From: Narcine bancroftii | Taxonomy: Eukaryota | Assembly (NCBI RefSeq): GCF_036971445.1 | Contig: NC_091469.1 | Coordinates: 396,552,001-396,616,000, forward strand | Reading direction: 5' to 3' | DNA length: 64,000 nt | Shown here: positions 12,831 to 25,960 of the stretch, one piece after another | Layout: the number at the start of each line of letters is the position of its first letter | How positions within the stretch are numbered: position 1 is the first letter of the stretch | Program-made: the position numbers and the translations under genes | The notes under the pieces: model-generated | What the model was told of the DNA's origin: nothing | Database searches by the model: none | Seen by the model: only the letters and a program-made list of their open reading frames with translations

Positions 12831-13422
12831 CCTTGAGACATCAGTATGATTAACGTTTAAGGCCTGATGGTTCTTTGTTAGAAGCAGGAGCTGATTTAGA
12901 CCCAACCCGGAGGGAACTGTATCTGATGGTACCTGGCAAAGATGGCCCTCCAGTTAATATCGCCATTGCCCGGGAAAAGTATATGATCTTACAGTCAAAA
13001 CCACAGAAGAGTCTATTTGACTCATCCAGTCTTGGATCAGGATTTCATTGCCCAGTCAAATATGACCTCAAGGTGTTGAATCATCTGTTTTGGATGGATG
13101 CAAGTGAAAGGGTTAAGGGTCTGTGGCCAGAAATATGCTGCTATAATAGAAGAATTTATGTAGGATCCCTTTTTGTTCTTGGATCTCAGACCCCTTCCTT
13201 GGCAGAATTGTGTGGAATATTAATTATACCACCTGGTCTCCACAAATTAAATTTATAACAGGGTCCTTGTACCTGAAGCAAATTTCCATATTTCTAATAC
13301 TAGATATTGTGAGAGTGTGTAATGAGAAATAAGAGAGCTAAGGATAGATCCACAGTTAATGTGATGGTAGGAAGATGAGTTATTTGAGGTGATTGTTGAT
13401 CTAAAACTGAATAAATGAGAAC

Positions 13423-14330
13423 TATTATGACTTAGAGAAGTAGCAATATATATTCATCAAGACAATGGTATTTTCAGAACAACACTTTTAATTAATAACT
13501 GTGAAGAACATAACACTTATTTAATTCCAAACTAAACCCCACTCTGTGCAAGTGTGGGTGGGGGCAGCTCCCAAAACCATTACAGTTTCTTAAGAAAAGA
13601 ATATATTTTTTTAAAGTTCAGTCAGTTTTGTGTCATAATTTAGATTCTTTGAATTGTTACTAAAAAGTAATTATAGAGGAGGTGCGAGGCCTCAGACTTC
13701 TCAAAATCCATGGAATTCTTGTAGAGTTGTTTTCAGAGAAATGTTTCTTCATACAAAAAAGATTTCCCTCTCTTGCATGGAGATTACAGTATCTGTGCTT
13801 CATACGATTATTTCACAAACTCGGATATGAGTCTGATGATCACAATGATCCAGAAACAAGAATGATCTTGCTTTTTTTTTTATCCAGAATTGGGTCAGTC
13901 ACAAGTGGCTGTTTAAAATGCTGCTGGAGCACTGCTCTCTCTTGACCAAGAGAAGCAGCAAAGTGCACATCCTTTCCAAAGCCATTGCAATTCTGTGTTC
14001 CTTCGCAAGGAGAACACGAGCAGTTTTTTCCTCTCAAAATGTTACTGGATTTATGACTTAAGATGAAAAGTAGTGTAATATTAAAGATGTCTCCTTGAAG
14101 TGTTAATCATATGACATGACCGCAAGCTGCTGATTTTTGAAAAAAACTTCTCTTCCAAAAGCATTTAGGAGCTAATTGTGTCTGATCTGTCTGCGCAGGT
14201 CAATGAAGCAAAGATCTGTTTGTTTGAAAAGATTACACAGGTATTTCTCTGAGTAAACAGCATTGTCTTCAACATATCAATGAAGAATCATCCAGGTTTT
14301 ATGGCTGTTTACGCAACTTCAACTAACAGT
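13423..14330. mobile_element. diverged LTR related to family A, opposite orientation
   Basis: tattatga...gcaatatatattcatcaagacaatgg...cttttaatta resembles the reverse complement of 62220-62310. Right boundary uncertain. Confidence 0.5.
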
Positions 14331-14339
14331 AGACCAGTA

Positions 14340-15265
14340 GACATTTCACCTCACTAGAAAGGTTTCTGTGTGTAAGTGTCTGCTTCGAGGTCGGCTCCAT
14401 CTGCAGAGAAAAATCTGTACTTTTTATAGAGCAGCCCTAAAAGGCTGCTCCATCATCACGCTTATGCAGAGCGGCACCTCGGTGCGTCAGAAACATCCCT
14501 TGCGTGTGGGATTATGGTTAAGGAGGCACCCCCAACAAGATTTAGGTTGGTGGGTGGGAGTGGTGGGGGGGGGGAGCAGATTTATCCTTGAGCCTGAGGG
14601 AAGGCAGTTTACCTCACATCCCTCCTACCACATTCCAGCCAACAGGTGAAATGTTGCGGGTGGGGTTGATGAATCCTGACCACATGATTTAGGTTGATTG
14701 GTGGGGGGGGAGGAAGAAACAGGTTCAAAGTTCAACCACCACCAGCCAGAGCAGGAGAGTGGAGTCCCTGGGGTTGCGTGGTAGCTCTAACCTGCATCCA
14801 GCGCTGCTCTCAGCACCTCTCCAGCATGTGAAGCTGACAATATGCACCTCCTCCGAACCTGCCCCCCCCCCATAAACCTGAATTCTCTCTTGGGGTAACT
14901 GGGGTGGGGGGGAAGAATTTGAGGGATCATTAGAGACCAGAACCACGGCACAAAGTTAGCTCAAAACTGGCACCAAGTCTTGCATCCCTGAGAGGAGAGA
15001 AACTCCCCCTTGAGCATGGGGGCGGGGTAGGGGGGACAACAAGCACAGGCAGCCACAGGAGCAACAGCCTCAGGATTGCTCATTAGACAAATATCTGCAG
15101 AAATTACCCAGGGCTCTGCCTGACATGAACTGATTAGTGGAGATTCACTAAATAGCTTTGTTAGGTCGTAGGTCACATGCTGATGGTGTCAACGTGACGT
15201 CATCAGTCCACCCCAGCCATTAGCTTACAACGGCTGTTCATTTATGAAGTGAGGTTGAGCTCTCT
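14340..15265. other. unclassified GC-rich segment, probably a non-autonomous DNA element
   Basis: Abrupt GC shift, hairpin gagcagcc-ctaaaa-ggctgctc near 14428, G-tracts, and a CRE at 15195-15202. No convincing TIR/TSD. Confidence 0.3.
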
Positions 15266-15459
15266 GCCCTCAAAGCTTTTTCTAAGAAATTTATATAATT
15301 TTAACCAAAGATTAATAATATCACAATTCTATCACAAAAACCTAAAGCCTTGAACATGTTCAGTGATAACAAAATGTTAGAAATAACCAGCAGGTTAGGT
15401 AGCATCAACAGAGATAAACAATGATTCTTTCAAGTTGATGATCAGAAATGAATTTTTTC

Positions 15460-18400
15460 TCTTTGTATCAAATCCTTTTTGAAATCAAAAGAAGTTTGTT
15501 CAAATTGCTTTAACAATAGCAAGAAAATGTATTGCCATAACTTCCAAGCCTGATACAGATCTAGGTATAGAAAGATGGCATGCTTAAGTCTGGAGTTGTA
15601 GATCGCTTGAGAAAATTACTTGTAATTTAAGAGACAAATATATATTTTGGAAGATTTGGAGCCCCTATTTACAAAATATGGGTGTTGATATTTAAATGAA
15701 GCTCTGACAGACCCTTCTCCTTAAGGTCTCAGTGTAGTGGGTTGTGCACGAGCGCAACAAAAAGCCTGAGACAACAGGCTGAGAGCCTGTTTTTTTAAAA
15801 TTCCACGCTGCAGCCTTTAAGGCTGTGTCTGGTCTCGCCCCTCACATCCCGGAGCTTGCATCACACAGGCACTGGACTGAAAGAGAAGGTCCGGTGATGC
15901 CATTTTTGCCACAGCTGCCCTGCTGATCGCGTCTGTTAGCTTTTACAAATTGAGGGTGAGGTATGCCCTCTCGGTGGCTGGCCCCTATGTACCGGTGTGG
16001 TGATCTGTACTGATTGTGACAAATCCAACTGGGCTGATTTCAAATGGTCCAGTCTGAACAGTTCCTCCTTGCCCTTAATGTCGAGTGTAAAGGTGGATGA
16101 GTTTCCTAGCGCTGATGGGGAGTCCTATGCGTCCCCTAAGCAGGAATACATACTTGCAGGAGGATAGGTCTGGGGGGGGTAGTTGCAAGGCAGCTAACCA
16201 TGTTGTGATGGTGGCGGTGGTGCTAGAAAGCCCAATTTGTCTCGCAGCTTCTTGAAGACAACTGCAGTGTCGGTAGTTTGGGAGCTGAAGGAAGGAACTG
16301 GCTTGGGACTCCAAGGGTCTCTCCATAGACTAGTTCAGCTGAGGAGGCTTTGAGGTCATCCTTGGGTGCTGTACATATCCCTTGGAGAACCCAGGGCATT
16401 TCGTCAACCCAGTTGGGCATCTTGATCCATGCCATAAGTGCTGATTTCAGGTGCTGATGCAAGGGCATGACCAGCCCGTTGGCCTGAGGATGGTAGGCTG
16501 TGGTGCAATGCAGTTGGGTGCCCAGGAGTTTGGAGAGCTAATTCCTCAGAGCTGAAGTGAACTGAGCTCCTCGGTCAGTTGTTATGTGTGCTGGGATGCC
16601 AAAACAGGAGACCTAGGCAGAGGGGAAGGCCCTTGTGCACTTATCAGTGGAGGCATCCAGGAGGAGAATGGCCTCTGGCCATTGAGAGAACCTGTACATC
16701 ACTGTCATCTGGTAGTGCAATCCTCGGGAGACTGACAAGGTCCCATCTATGTCGAGCTTGACATGCTGGAACCTGCGTGTTGGAGCATCAAACTGCTGGA
16801 CTTGGTGCCTGTTGTGTTGCTATACCTTTTCCGTCTGGCAGTCCATGAAGGTTTTCGCCCATTCTGTGATTTGCTTGTGTAGGCCATGCTAGACAAATTG
16901 GGAGGATACTAACCGCACTGTCGTTCAGATGAAGGGGTGAGACAAACCATGCATCGTGTCGAAAACTGTTTTCCTCCATTGGGTGGGCACCAGCGGCCAG
17001 GGTTGTCCCGTAGAGATGACATTGGTGTCAAGTGGGAGGTCTTAGAGCTGCAATCCCATGACCTCAGTCCTGAAACTGTGTGTTGCAGGGTTGTCTTGCT
17101 GGGTGCGACCCAGATCTTGGTAGCCGATACCCTGTGACAACGCATTGACCACTGGCCTGGAGAGTGTGTCAACGACAGTGTATTTTCCAGAGAGATGGCA
17201 GATGGAGGTGGTGAATTCAGAGACATAGGATGTGTCTCTGCTGTTGGGTGGACCATGGGTCAGAGGATTTGAAGGCGAAAGTGAGCGGCTTGTGATCCGT
17301 ATAGACATTGAACGGCTGTCCCTCCAAGAAGTAGCGGAACTCACGGAAGGCCAGGTATCAGCTTTCTGTCGAATGCGTTATACTTCAGTTCAGGTGGCAA
17401 CAGGTGGTGAATGAAAAAGGCATGAGGCCTTCATGAGTTGTTAATGAACAGTTCCAGGACTGCCGTGTTGGACGTGTCAACTGTGAGGGCCATTGGTACG
17501 TCCGTTCGTGGTGGACTAGCATTGTAGTATGAACCAAGGCTTCCTTAGTCTCCTCGAAACCATTGTGAGCTTTGTCCATCCATGTGAATGAGCTCCTTCA
17601 TTGAGCCCGACTTTAGATGGAAAAGAGAGCTTTTGGAATGGCGGCCGATGCCAAACTTTTCCATGCATTTGAAATCTTCCTCCTGGTGAGGTTGAGTTAG
17701 TCGGGGGGCAAGGTGAAGGGCTCGTGAATGCAATGGCGGGCCAGTGGTCGCGATGTGGTGCTGGACTCTGTCCCTTGGCATGAAGGTGGTGAATTGGGCA
17801 GCAGAATGGAGGGAAAACTAGCGACGAGGTGGCTGTATTGGCTGAGTGGAGTCTCCATGGAAGCGAACTGGGTGGACGGCTGGTTGAATGTGCCAAGGGT
17901 CACCGTCTGGAAAGTCTCCACGTGGACTATTAGTCTGCCCGTAGGAAATCTGCACCTAATAGAGGCTTGTCCACCAAAGCAAGCATGAATGACCAATTGA
18001 AGATTGTCTTGCTGAAACGTACAGGAATTTGTCTCTTGCCAAAAGTTTTAATGATGGTGTTGTTGGCTGCACGCAAGGAGGAGCAGTGAGGTCTTGTTCG
18101 TGTCTTGAGTTACATGAGGGAATGACGCTTATTTCTGCTCCTGTGTCCATGAGGAACCTGCGGCCCGAGATCCTGTCCCAGACGTGGAGAAGGCTGTTCG
18201 GTTGGCCAGCTGCTGCAGCCACTAACAGCAGCTGGCCCTGTTGTTTCCCAGAAACGAGCACAGCTGGTGGCACCTGTGGGCTGATACCTCCCCAATGCTG
18301 ATGGTAGATGCACCATTTTGGGTCCGACCTTTCTGTTTTCTGGCAGGGCAGGGCCTGTTCATGTGGTGGATTGGACTTGGGCGTTGCCCTTAGCGGCGAC

Positions 18401-19450
18401 CATGTAACACTGTTGACTGAGTCTATGGCCTCGCACTTGGAACGGTACAGAATGTCTGCTTGGCCTGCAACCTTGCGCAGGTCGCTGAGATCTGCATCGG
18501 CCAATAGGAGTCTGATGTCTTCGGACATTTGTTTGAGGAAAGCCTGCTCGATCATGAGGCAGGGCTTGTTCCCTTCTGCCAGTGTGACCATTTCGTCCAT
18601 GAGGGCAGACAATGTCCTATTGCATAGGCCGTTCGTGAAGAAGCCTGACAACCCTCTCGAGTCATGAAAGCCCATATATGCTAATGAGGAGGTTTTTAAG
18701 AGCCATGCATTTACCTTTCTCTGGCAGTGCTTGGATGAGGTCATCAACTAGTGAAGCGGCTTCCTGGTCGAGAGAGCTGATGACATAGCAGTATCTCATC
18801 GAATCTGAGGTTGTCTGTTTGATCTGGAACTGGACGTCCACTTGGCCAAACCAAGTGTGGGGCCTGTTCATCCAGAATGTTGGCAGCTTCAACGCAATGG
18901 CACCAGTGGCTCTGGATTCCATTGTGCTGAGTCTTCAGGACTTGGAGACTTGTCGGGTTCACTAGTGTAGCGAATTGTACGTGAGCGCAGTGAAAAGACT
19001 GAGGCAACTGGCTGAGAGCTCTAGTAGCTCAACTTCTATTCTTTGAATTTCACACTGCAACCTTTAAGGCTATGCTGGTCCCACCCCTCGCATCCCTGAA
19101 CTTGCATCAAGCTGAAGCAAGTGCACATGCCCTTCCGGTCGGACAGGAAGAGAAGGTCCCGCAACACCATTTTTGCTGCGGCTGCCCCACTGACCTCGTG
19201 TGACAAATGTAGCCGGTTCGCCACTTGTAACGATGTGTGTCGCCACATCAGTATATTATAAGAAACTTTAAAGTAATAGACCTTTTGAGGGCCTCTTGTC
19301 CCATTCTTACTTTTTTTTTCTTCTTTTGTTGGGGGATGGGGGGGGTTCTTATCTTTTTCTTTTATATTTCCACATGTATTTGTATTGTTTTGAATTCTAT
19401 TTAATTATGTTTTATTGTGTGGTTTTAAACTAATAAATAAAATTTTTAAA
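15460..19450 (+). mobile_element. L1/Tx1-like LINE 3' end, split by the Gypsy insertion
   Basis: 15460-15700 encodes QIALTIARKCIA...EKIT...IWSPY-like L1 ORF2 C-terminus. 19252-19450 has a G-tract 3' UTR and aataaa/A-rich tail. Confidence 0.65.
15733..19247 (-). mobile_element. Gypsy LTR retrotransposon with both LTRs and a 4-bp TSD (TCAG)
   Basis: 5' LTR 18966-19247 is homologous to the 3' LTR 15733-~15940. TCAG at 15729-15732 and 19248-19251. PBS-like TAGTGAACCCGAC (18952-18964). gag LKLPTFW, protease FLMDTGAEIS, RNase H, integrase NWVDEMPWVL. RT core deleted near 17630. Confidence 0.92.
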
Positions 19451-21224
19451 ATTGTTTATGGAGTCATGGGCTTAACATTTTTTAAGTTGTACTACTTAAA
19501 GCATTTATCCATACCATCCCTGAGCATGTTCAATTTTTATTTCTGATTTATAGCAATTGTGATATTATTTTGTTGGTTTGGGACCTAATTCAGAAGCATC
19601 TGACCCAAAAAATTAAATATATATTTGAGGTGGACTGATCTAGAAATCGGAATTTTGTTCCTACACGTAATAGAAAAAGGGTCATTAAATTTGACAATGG
19701 AGGAGTGTTAGTAACAGCCATATGGGATGAATTCATGGGTAGTAGTTGGTCTTTAGTTGCTATATAATTATTTTAATGCTGCCAGAGTGTGGTGACAATT
19801 TGTGAGCTGCAAATCCTCCACTTGCAGGCATTACAGTCATTCTACCCTCTTGTTTCTCTACTTCAACACCACTGGAATTACTAGCATTGTATTTTTATTA
19901 TTGCACTACTGTACCTAAGTAAAGGTTGAAGTGACTGAAAAGGACAAAACTGCTTTTCACTGTGTCTTGGTGTCCATGCAGCAAGCAATTTAATTTAATT
20001 CAGTTGTGATTCTCTGGCTATGATTTCGAAGAACTAATGAGCTTGAATAAAGGTTTGAAACTGAACTATTAGTGATAAAGTACTTGATTTTACTGAGGTG
20101 ATATTTGGACAAAGTTGAACTAACTTATCAAGTTCCTATTTGGTATCGTCTGATTGGACCTTTCCAATCCAACAAAACATCTCTCCAGACCACAGTTCCT
20201 TGAAAGTGAAATTGAGGGCTAAATTGAATTTAATTTGTCTTGTTATCTCCAGTATCCTGTCAGTTTCTGAGGTGCTGTATATTGCTATTGTGCAACATTT
20301 TTTTCTCTAGCTTGGATTTCTGTTCTCAAATATTCATTTTATTGACCCCAATGATTTCATAAAATTGTAACAAGCTACTTTTGCAGAGTTTTTGGTTACT
20401 TTGCTGTCAGCAACATGTTTTGTATTCATCACTGACTTTCTATCAAGATATGTCAACAGTGAAGCTATAAAACTTCTTTCATAAACATTTGAATGGGTAT
20501 AGTTTTATTTGAATAATTTTTTTTGGAGAAAATAGAAATAGATTTTGCTCTCAGCTTCACATAATTTGACCTTGGTTTTGTAGTTTGTTAGGTTAGGCAG
20601 CCATTGTACATTTTTAAAAATTGAAACATGTTGTATAATTTAACATTTGTCTAAAATTCACGTTAGAAGCAGATTGGTTTTTAAGTCACTTTAAAAAAAT
20701 TACCTACAAGTCTGACATCATTTCCTATTTTCTTGAAACACTGTCGCATAGTTTTTAGATTCATTGTGTCATTTGATTGAGTTATTTGGTCAGTTGTGTA
20801 AACCTTGGCATTCAAGGAACAAAGATTTGGATGCCCATGGAAATGATTGAGAATTAAAAATTGTGAATAACAATTAAAAAAAACTGATGTACAGCAGAAA
20901 CTTTCAAGATTGATGGAAGGGAGGGCATTGCCAGCACATACCATGAATTACCTTTGGTTCCACATAGAAGTCCTGGACTATGGTTGTGGCACTGGTTATA
21001 GCCAGCAGTGACAGCTTGCATTCGTGAATGTCCTTATGCTGCCATTCCTGGGATCTCTGAGTCCATTGGGGAAGTACAGAATTTCTTTTAAGATGCTTCA
21101 GCTTTGCCAGCTCTTATTTTTTCCATGCTGTTTGGAAATGTTTTCAACTTTGAAATTTACTGGCCCTGTAGAGAAGTCGAGCTGATGCCAGAGATTTGTT
21201 AGAAGCAGGATTAATAGAAAACTG

Positions 21225-21350
21225 TCAACGCCTCAGGGCTGAAACATTGAATCCCTCTACTTCCTATTGGTGCTGCATAACCTGCTGAGTTTCTACAGGA
21301 CATTTGTGTATTTCATTTGGCCCCAGCATCTGTAGACTTTCTTGTTTAAC
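21225..21350 (+). mobile_element. Penelope-like pseudo-LTR fragment (decayed)
   Basis: cagggctgaaacattga...cctgctgagtttct...cagcatctgtagactttcttgtt is similar to the reverse complement of 32095-32230. Confidence 0.55.
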
Positions 21351-21935
21351 TTAGTAGGGTTAAGTTGCCTGGTGATTAGGAAAGCAGTGTAAAAGAGGAC
21401 TAGTACTATTGGATACAGCTTCATTATCTGTGGAGGTCATCTGTCGTGTCTTAGTACTTCATCACCAGAATGAAGCAAATTGAAAGATGCAATTAAATTA
21501 AAATAAATTATTTTTCTGTAAATGGTATTGGGTAGTAAACCATCAAATTTGCAATCATCCTTGCATAATACTGAGAAGGAAGCCCACTTCCTTAGCTTTA
21601 GCATTTGGTTGGGTATCTATTTATGTCAGGGGCCCCCAAACCTTTTTAGACCAGCAACTCCCTTCATGGAATCCTTGACCCCCAGGCATGTATAAAGAAA
21701 TAATGATAATTAAGTAGACGTGCAGTTTCCATATGCATTAGTGAGAAAATTTTCATATCAAACCCTGCTTTGGTTGGAGATTGGCGGGTTTTAGTTGTAA
21801 GTCACCATGCTCCTCCAGGTTTAGTCTGTTTGCCTGCTTTGTTATACCCGCACTCGCATGGCTAAACCAGTTTCAACAACGTACGAACTTGGGAATGCAA
21901 GTAAAAAAGGCTCAACTGTTGCAACTTGGGGTATT

Positions 21936-22432
21936 TAGGTGCTTAACCTTTTATCCTGGATCTTAGGGACTGGACACCTGCCATTGTTTGGAATCTTCCA
22001 AATTTCGGAATCATTCTGATTTCTGTCCCTTTAAGCCCTCCTGAGTCGCACTGCAGTCTTTCGCTTGACCAAGTCTTGTTGCTGTCTCTCTTTTACTCTC
22101 TCTCCCACCCCTGCCCCCACTCTATCCCCTTCTTGGTTCCCCGCACTGGCACAGTGGCTTCAGCTGTGTGGGGGATTATAGGTAGCAATGACAGCCATTG
22201 AGCCGCTGCCGGGCCGACTGAAAGTGCCGCGACGCTGAACGGGCATCAATATAGGTGATTCAGAGGCACGTATAAAGTAATGAAACGTGACTAGATACAC
22301 AGGAGTTGAGCTAGGGTGCTGTTTGATTCCAAATGTCATCTTTTATGAGCAGATGTCATCTACCAGAAAAAAAAGTGCTGGTTTTTGGAGGTTGCTATTT
22401 TTCAGAATTCTGGATAAAGGGTTCAACACCTG
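21936..22432. mobile_element. Tc1/mariner (Tigger-like) MITE nested in the hAT element
   Basis: TIRs taggtgcttaaccttttatcc and ggataaagggttcaacacctg (17/21 match), with TA after the right end. Confidence 0.7.
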
Positions 22433-23274
22433 TATTTGCATTGCTCCCATAGTCATTGAGGGTTTTACTTTAGAACAATGAGTTAACTTCAAGATCCACA
22501 CACCTATCAATGAATTCATCTTCTAAGTGAGATTCAATGTCTGCATTTTCCATTTTCAAATCAAATGGAGTAACAATCCAGTCAGGTCCTCAAAATGTAT
22601 TTAAAAGTCTTCCCTTAATTTTTCATGTTGTTTTATGTACATCTCCAGATCATAGTCTGAAATTTATTCATCCTTTTCCAATGGCTGTAAGTTTGAAAAT
22701 TCCTTAAAATCTTTACATGCCAATGAAGATTTAAATAGGGCTATTTTGACTTTGAAACCTTTAAGGGTTGCTCGGGCTTGAATAATTGTTACACCTTTAC
22801 CTTGAAGATTTATCTATACTTGATTACATTTTGAATACTGGTCTGCCAAATAGAGCAGATGATCCTTTCACTTTTAGAACTGGTCACAGTTGAGTCATAC
22901 AAGTCAACAAGTCTTTGCAAGCTATCACCTTTTGACAACCACCTTACCTCAATGAGCAAAAGTAACTGATTCAAATTTTCATCATTTTTTTTCATAAATC
23001 ATTGCAAATAGTCACAAATTGAGAGGATATACTTTAATTTTATTGACTCATCTGACGGACACTTTTCAGGCATCATGCAGTTCATTACTGAGTTTCTTGG
23101 CTCTGTTTAATACACAGTGAACAGTACATACATTGGGAACGTTTCCTTGAGTAAGGCGTTAAATCGTCGGTAACCATTGCAGTAATATTTCCGGGGGCAA
23201 CATTGTTTGGAGAATTATTTGAAGAATTATCACCTTTTGCATCACCTTTAAGGGACTTGGAAAACAAAAACTTG

Positions 23275-23497
23275 TCAACAGCAGTTAGTGCAACGCCTTT
23301 AAAGCACCAGCGATGGGGTTCGAATCCTGTGCTGTCTTTAAGGAGTTTGTATGTTCTCCCTTTGTCTCTGTGGGTTTTCCCCGGGGCTCTGGTTTCCTCC
23401 TTAAAACATACCAAGGTGTAGGTTAATTGGTTGTAAGTTGGGCAGCACAAACTCGTGTGTTGAAATGGCATGTTACTGTGCTGTATGTGTAAATTTT
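23275..23497 (+). mobile_element. V-SINE (HE1-like) inserted in the hAT transposase
   Basis: gttagtgcaacgcc...ggttcgaatcc head, V-domain, tail ctgtatgt. Flanking aaaacaa..aacttg duplication. Confidence 0.8.
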
Positions 23498-25394
23498 AAA
23501 AAACAATGAACTTGAGTTTTGGACTATAATACCTCACATAGGCCATGAGAATATTTGAACTGCCAAACGTTGCTTCATCGAGTTGGATTGAAAACTTGCA
23601 ATGTTGGAGCTCAGATGCCAAAGTTTTCTCCACATACTAAGCTATCTCATCAATGAGTTGTTGCACTTAATGGCATGCATTTTAGAACTTGTTGAGAGCC
23701 TTCTTAACATTTGCAATCACATCCTTAATTGCTGGTATTATGACCTCCTCATCATTGGTATATGATTTTCCTTTCTTTGCCTTATTAAGGAAGATACTAT
23801 ATGATGCCTTCAGTCCTCCTTCATTATCAACACTGGCAGGTGTTTTAAAAAAATGTCTTTAAATTTGTTTAATTTCTGATTTTTATTCTATCATTTCGTT
23901 TTTCTTATCAGAGTAAATCCTTTTCAGGTGGTCTTTCATCTTCACAGGTTTTATGACATCATTACCGAGTCTTTTCACTTAACAGGCACATAGGCATTGT
24001 TTCATTAGTAAGCAAAGGTATGAATCCAAATTTCAAATATGCTTGCGAGTATTGTTGGCACTTATTCTTGGCATTCGCAGCCACCATTGTGCTTGCTAGA
24101 AATGTGGCAAATTTACACAAAAGATGCACATCTATCAGTTCGCTGACACCACTCTGATAACCAAGGGTGTTGAGTATGCACTGGCTGTCTCTGGACTAGT
24201 TGGCGCATTGGACAGGAATGATGTGGCCAGGATAACTCAGCTTAGCATTGCCACAACCCAGATTTTTGTTACCTACTTGAAAATAAAGCTAAGGCTAGAC
24301 TAAAATGTTTTATCTGTGAAAAGACTACGTTGCATATAATGAATAATATAGTTAATGTTTATTGAGTGTTTTTTAAAAAGCATACTGTATGAGTAAAGAA
24401 AATCCAAGTCAATTCATCCATGTGGAAACAGGTATTATAATGGTCCATTGTCTTGTGATTCCAACTAATAATAATTCATTATAACTATATTATGATTGTT
24501 TAGATAAACAGTATAAAATAAATATACAATTAAAAAATAATGATATATAAATCAAAAATCATCTTGTATCAGCAAATATTTTGTATTTTTGTTTGTTGTA
24601 CGATTGTCAGCTTCTGACCCAAAAGTTCAATCGATTTTTTTTTTTCCTTTTCCCCCCCCCACAAAGTGGTCAGTATTGACCACTTTGGAGACCCCTGATT
24701 TGTATGAACACCTGTGAAGCTGTTGATCAGAAGAAAAATGGTTAGAAGTAGGAAAACACATTTTATTTATGCCTGATGATTACCAATCTGTTGATTGGAA
24801 ATCAGTTATACTTGGATGTTAATTTGAGACTCTGGCTACAATTGTACAAGTCAAGTCATCTCTTTTGTAAGCGCACTTGACCTTTTACACTTTTTCAGTG
24901 GGTTTTTCCTGAAGAGGAAAACTGGTCAGAGGTTCCTTTGATGAGTACCCAAGTGGCATTGGGCAATAATAAAGGTAGTTAGCATATTGAAATATCAACA
25001 AAAATTTGGATGGTTAAAATTCAGCTGACATTAATTTTACAAAAATTTCACACTATTAAGCTTACCTCAACATTGGTAAAGCACGGACAACCTTTAGAAA
25101 GTATCTTGCCACATTTTGCACTGAATGATTTGACTTTCCTAATTTTTTTCTTTTATTCAAATAACCTTGTTTCCTAGTCTCTATCATTAGAATTTTTGTT
25201 GGCTTAACCAAATAGCAGTAATAACCTCGAGGTACATTATAACATTGTTGTGAGTAGAGAGGAGGTCTTCTTCCAAAGAGTAATCCCATTCTTTTTATAA
25301 TGAGTTCAATGGCTGCATTGTGAAGATATCGTTCTTTCCTTATTGCCTTTGAATTAATATTGGTGGGTTTGGAGTCCAGTAGAGATCAGATAAT

Positions 25395-25960
25395 GGGTAC
25401 TTTCAAACTGCCTTGTAAAATGGGGTTAACTAGGCAATTTGCCCAGTTAGTGCCCCACTGACAAGGCAACTTGAAAGGATCCGACCTGGTCAGCATGCTC
25501 CTAAATTAATTGGGTCCCTGCCCTACCTCTGAGGTAGTCAGGGAACCCAGTTAAACTTACCTAGGTCTCATCCACCGGTGGCTTGCAAACGAAAATTGCC
25601 AACCTGATTCTTCCAGTGACTTCAGCACATGTATGCGTAACAGGGCAGCATGTTGGCGCCAGGTTCAAATGTGGTGGAGGAACTCAGCAGTGCAGGTCAG
25701 GAATGGGGATATTATAATGTGGTTTAAATGTGGTTCCCAGGAAGAGTAAGGTTAAAATCTTTTACTTCATTTCATCTGGTGAGTTCCTGACCTGTCACTC
25801 ACCGTGTCATCGTGGGTGCGGGATCCCCCTTAAATCACCGGGTTGGTGATTTAATGGGGTGATGTCCCCCAGCAGGTTAAAAGGTGCTGGAAGCACTTTC
25901 AACCCTTTAAATGCTCCTGGGCCCCAGGAGGGCTACCCAAGTGCAGCACTTTAAATGATA
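25395..25960. mobile_element. GC-rich MITE-like element (Harbinger-like left end)
   Basis: Begins gggtactttcaaactg, similar to the reverse complement of the terminus at 27738-27752. Other end not clear. Confidence 0.4.

Larger units (their letters stand above)
21627..24697 (-). mobile_element. hAT DNA transposon (Charlie/Buster, SCAND3/ZBED8-like transposase pseudogene)
   Basis: TIRs CAGGGGCCCCCAAA and TTTGGAGACCCCTG. Imperfect 8-bp TSD atttatgt/atttgtat. Transposase starts at 24087 on the - strand (KCQQYSQAYLKFGF...PMCLL) and later has LLLIEVRWLSKG. Many stops. Confidence 0.88.

Noticed and set aside
12875-13258. 127-aa ORF just inside intron 1
   Set aside because: Non-ATG start, no recognisable domain, no splice support.
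14335-15266. hAT-type TIRs bounding the GC-rich island
   Set aside because: Only a short cctcact/agtgagg match, and the flanks give no TSD.
17956-18747. Longest ORF (263 aa) as a domesticated gag gene
   Set aside because: It is a frameshifted chimera of gag and protease frames inside an LTR-bounded decayed element.
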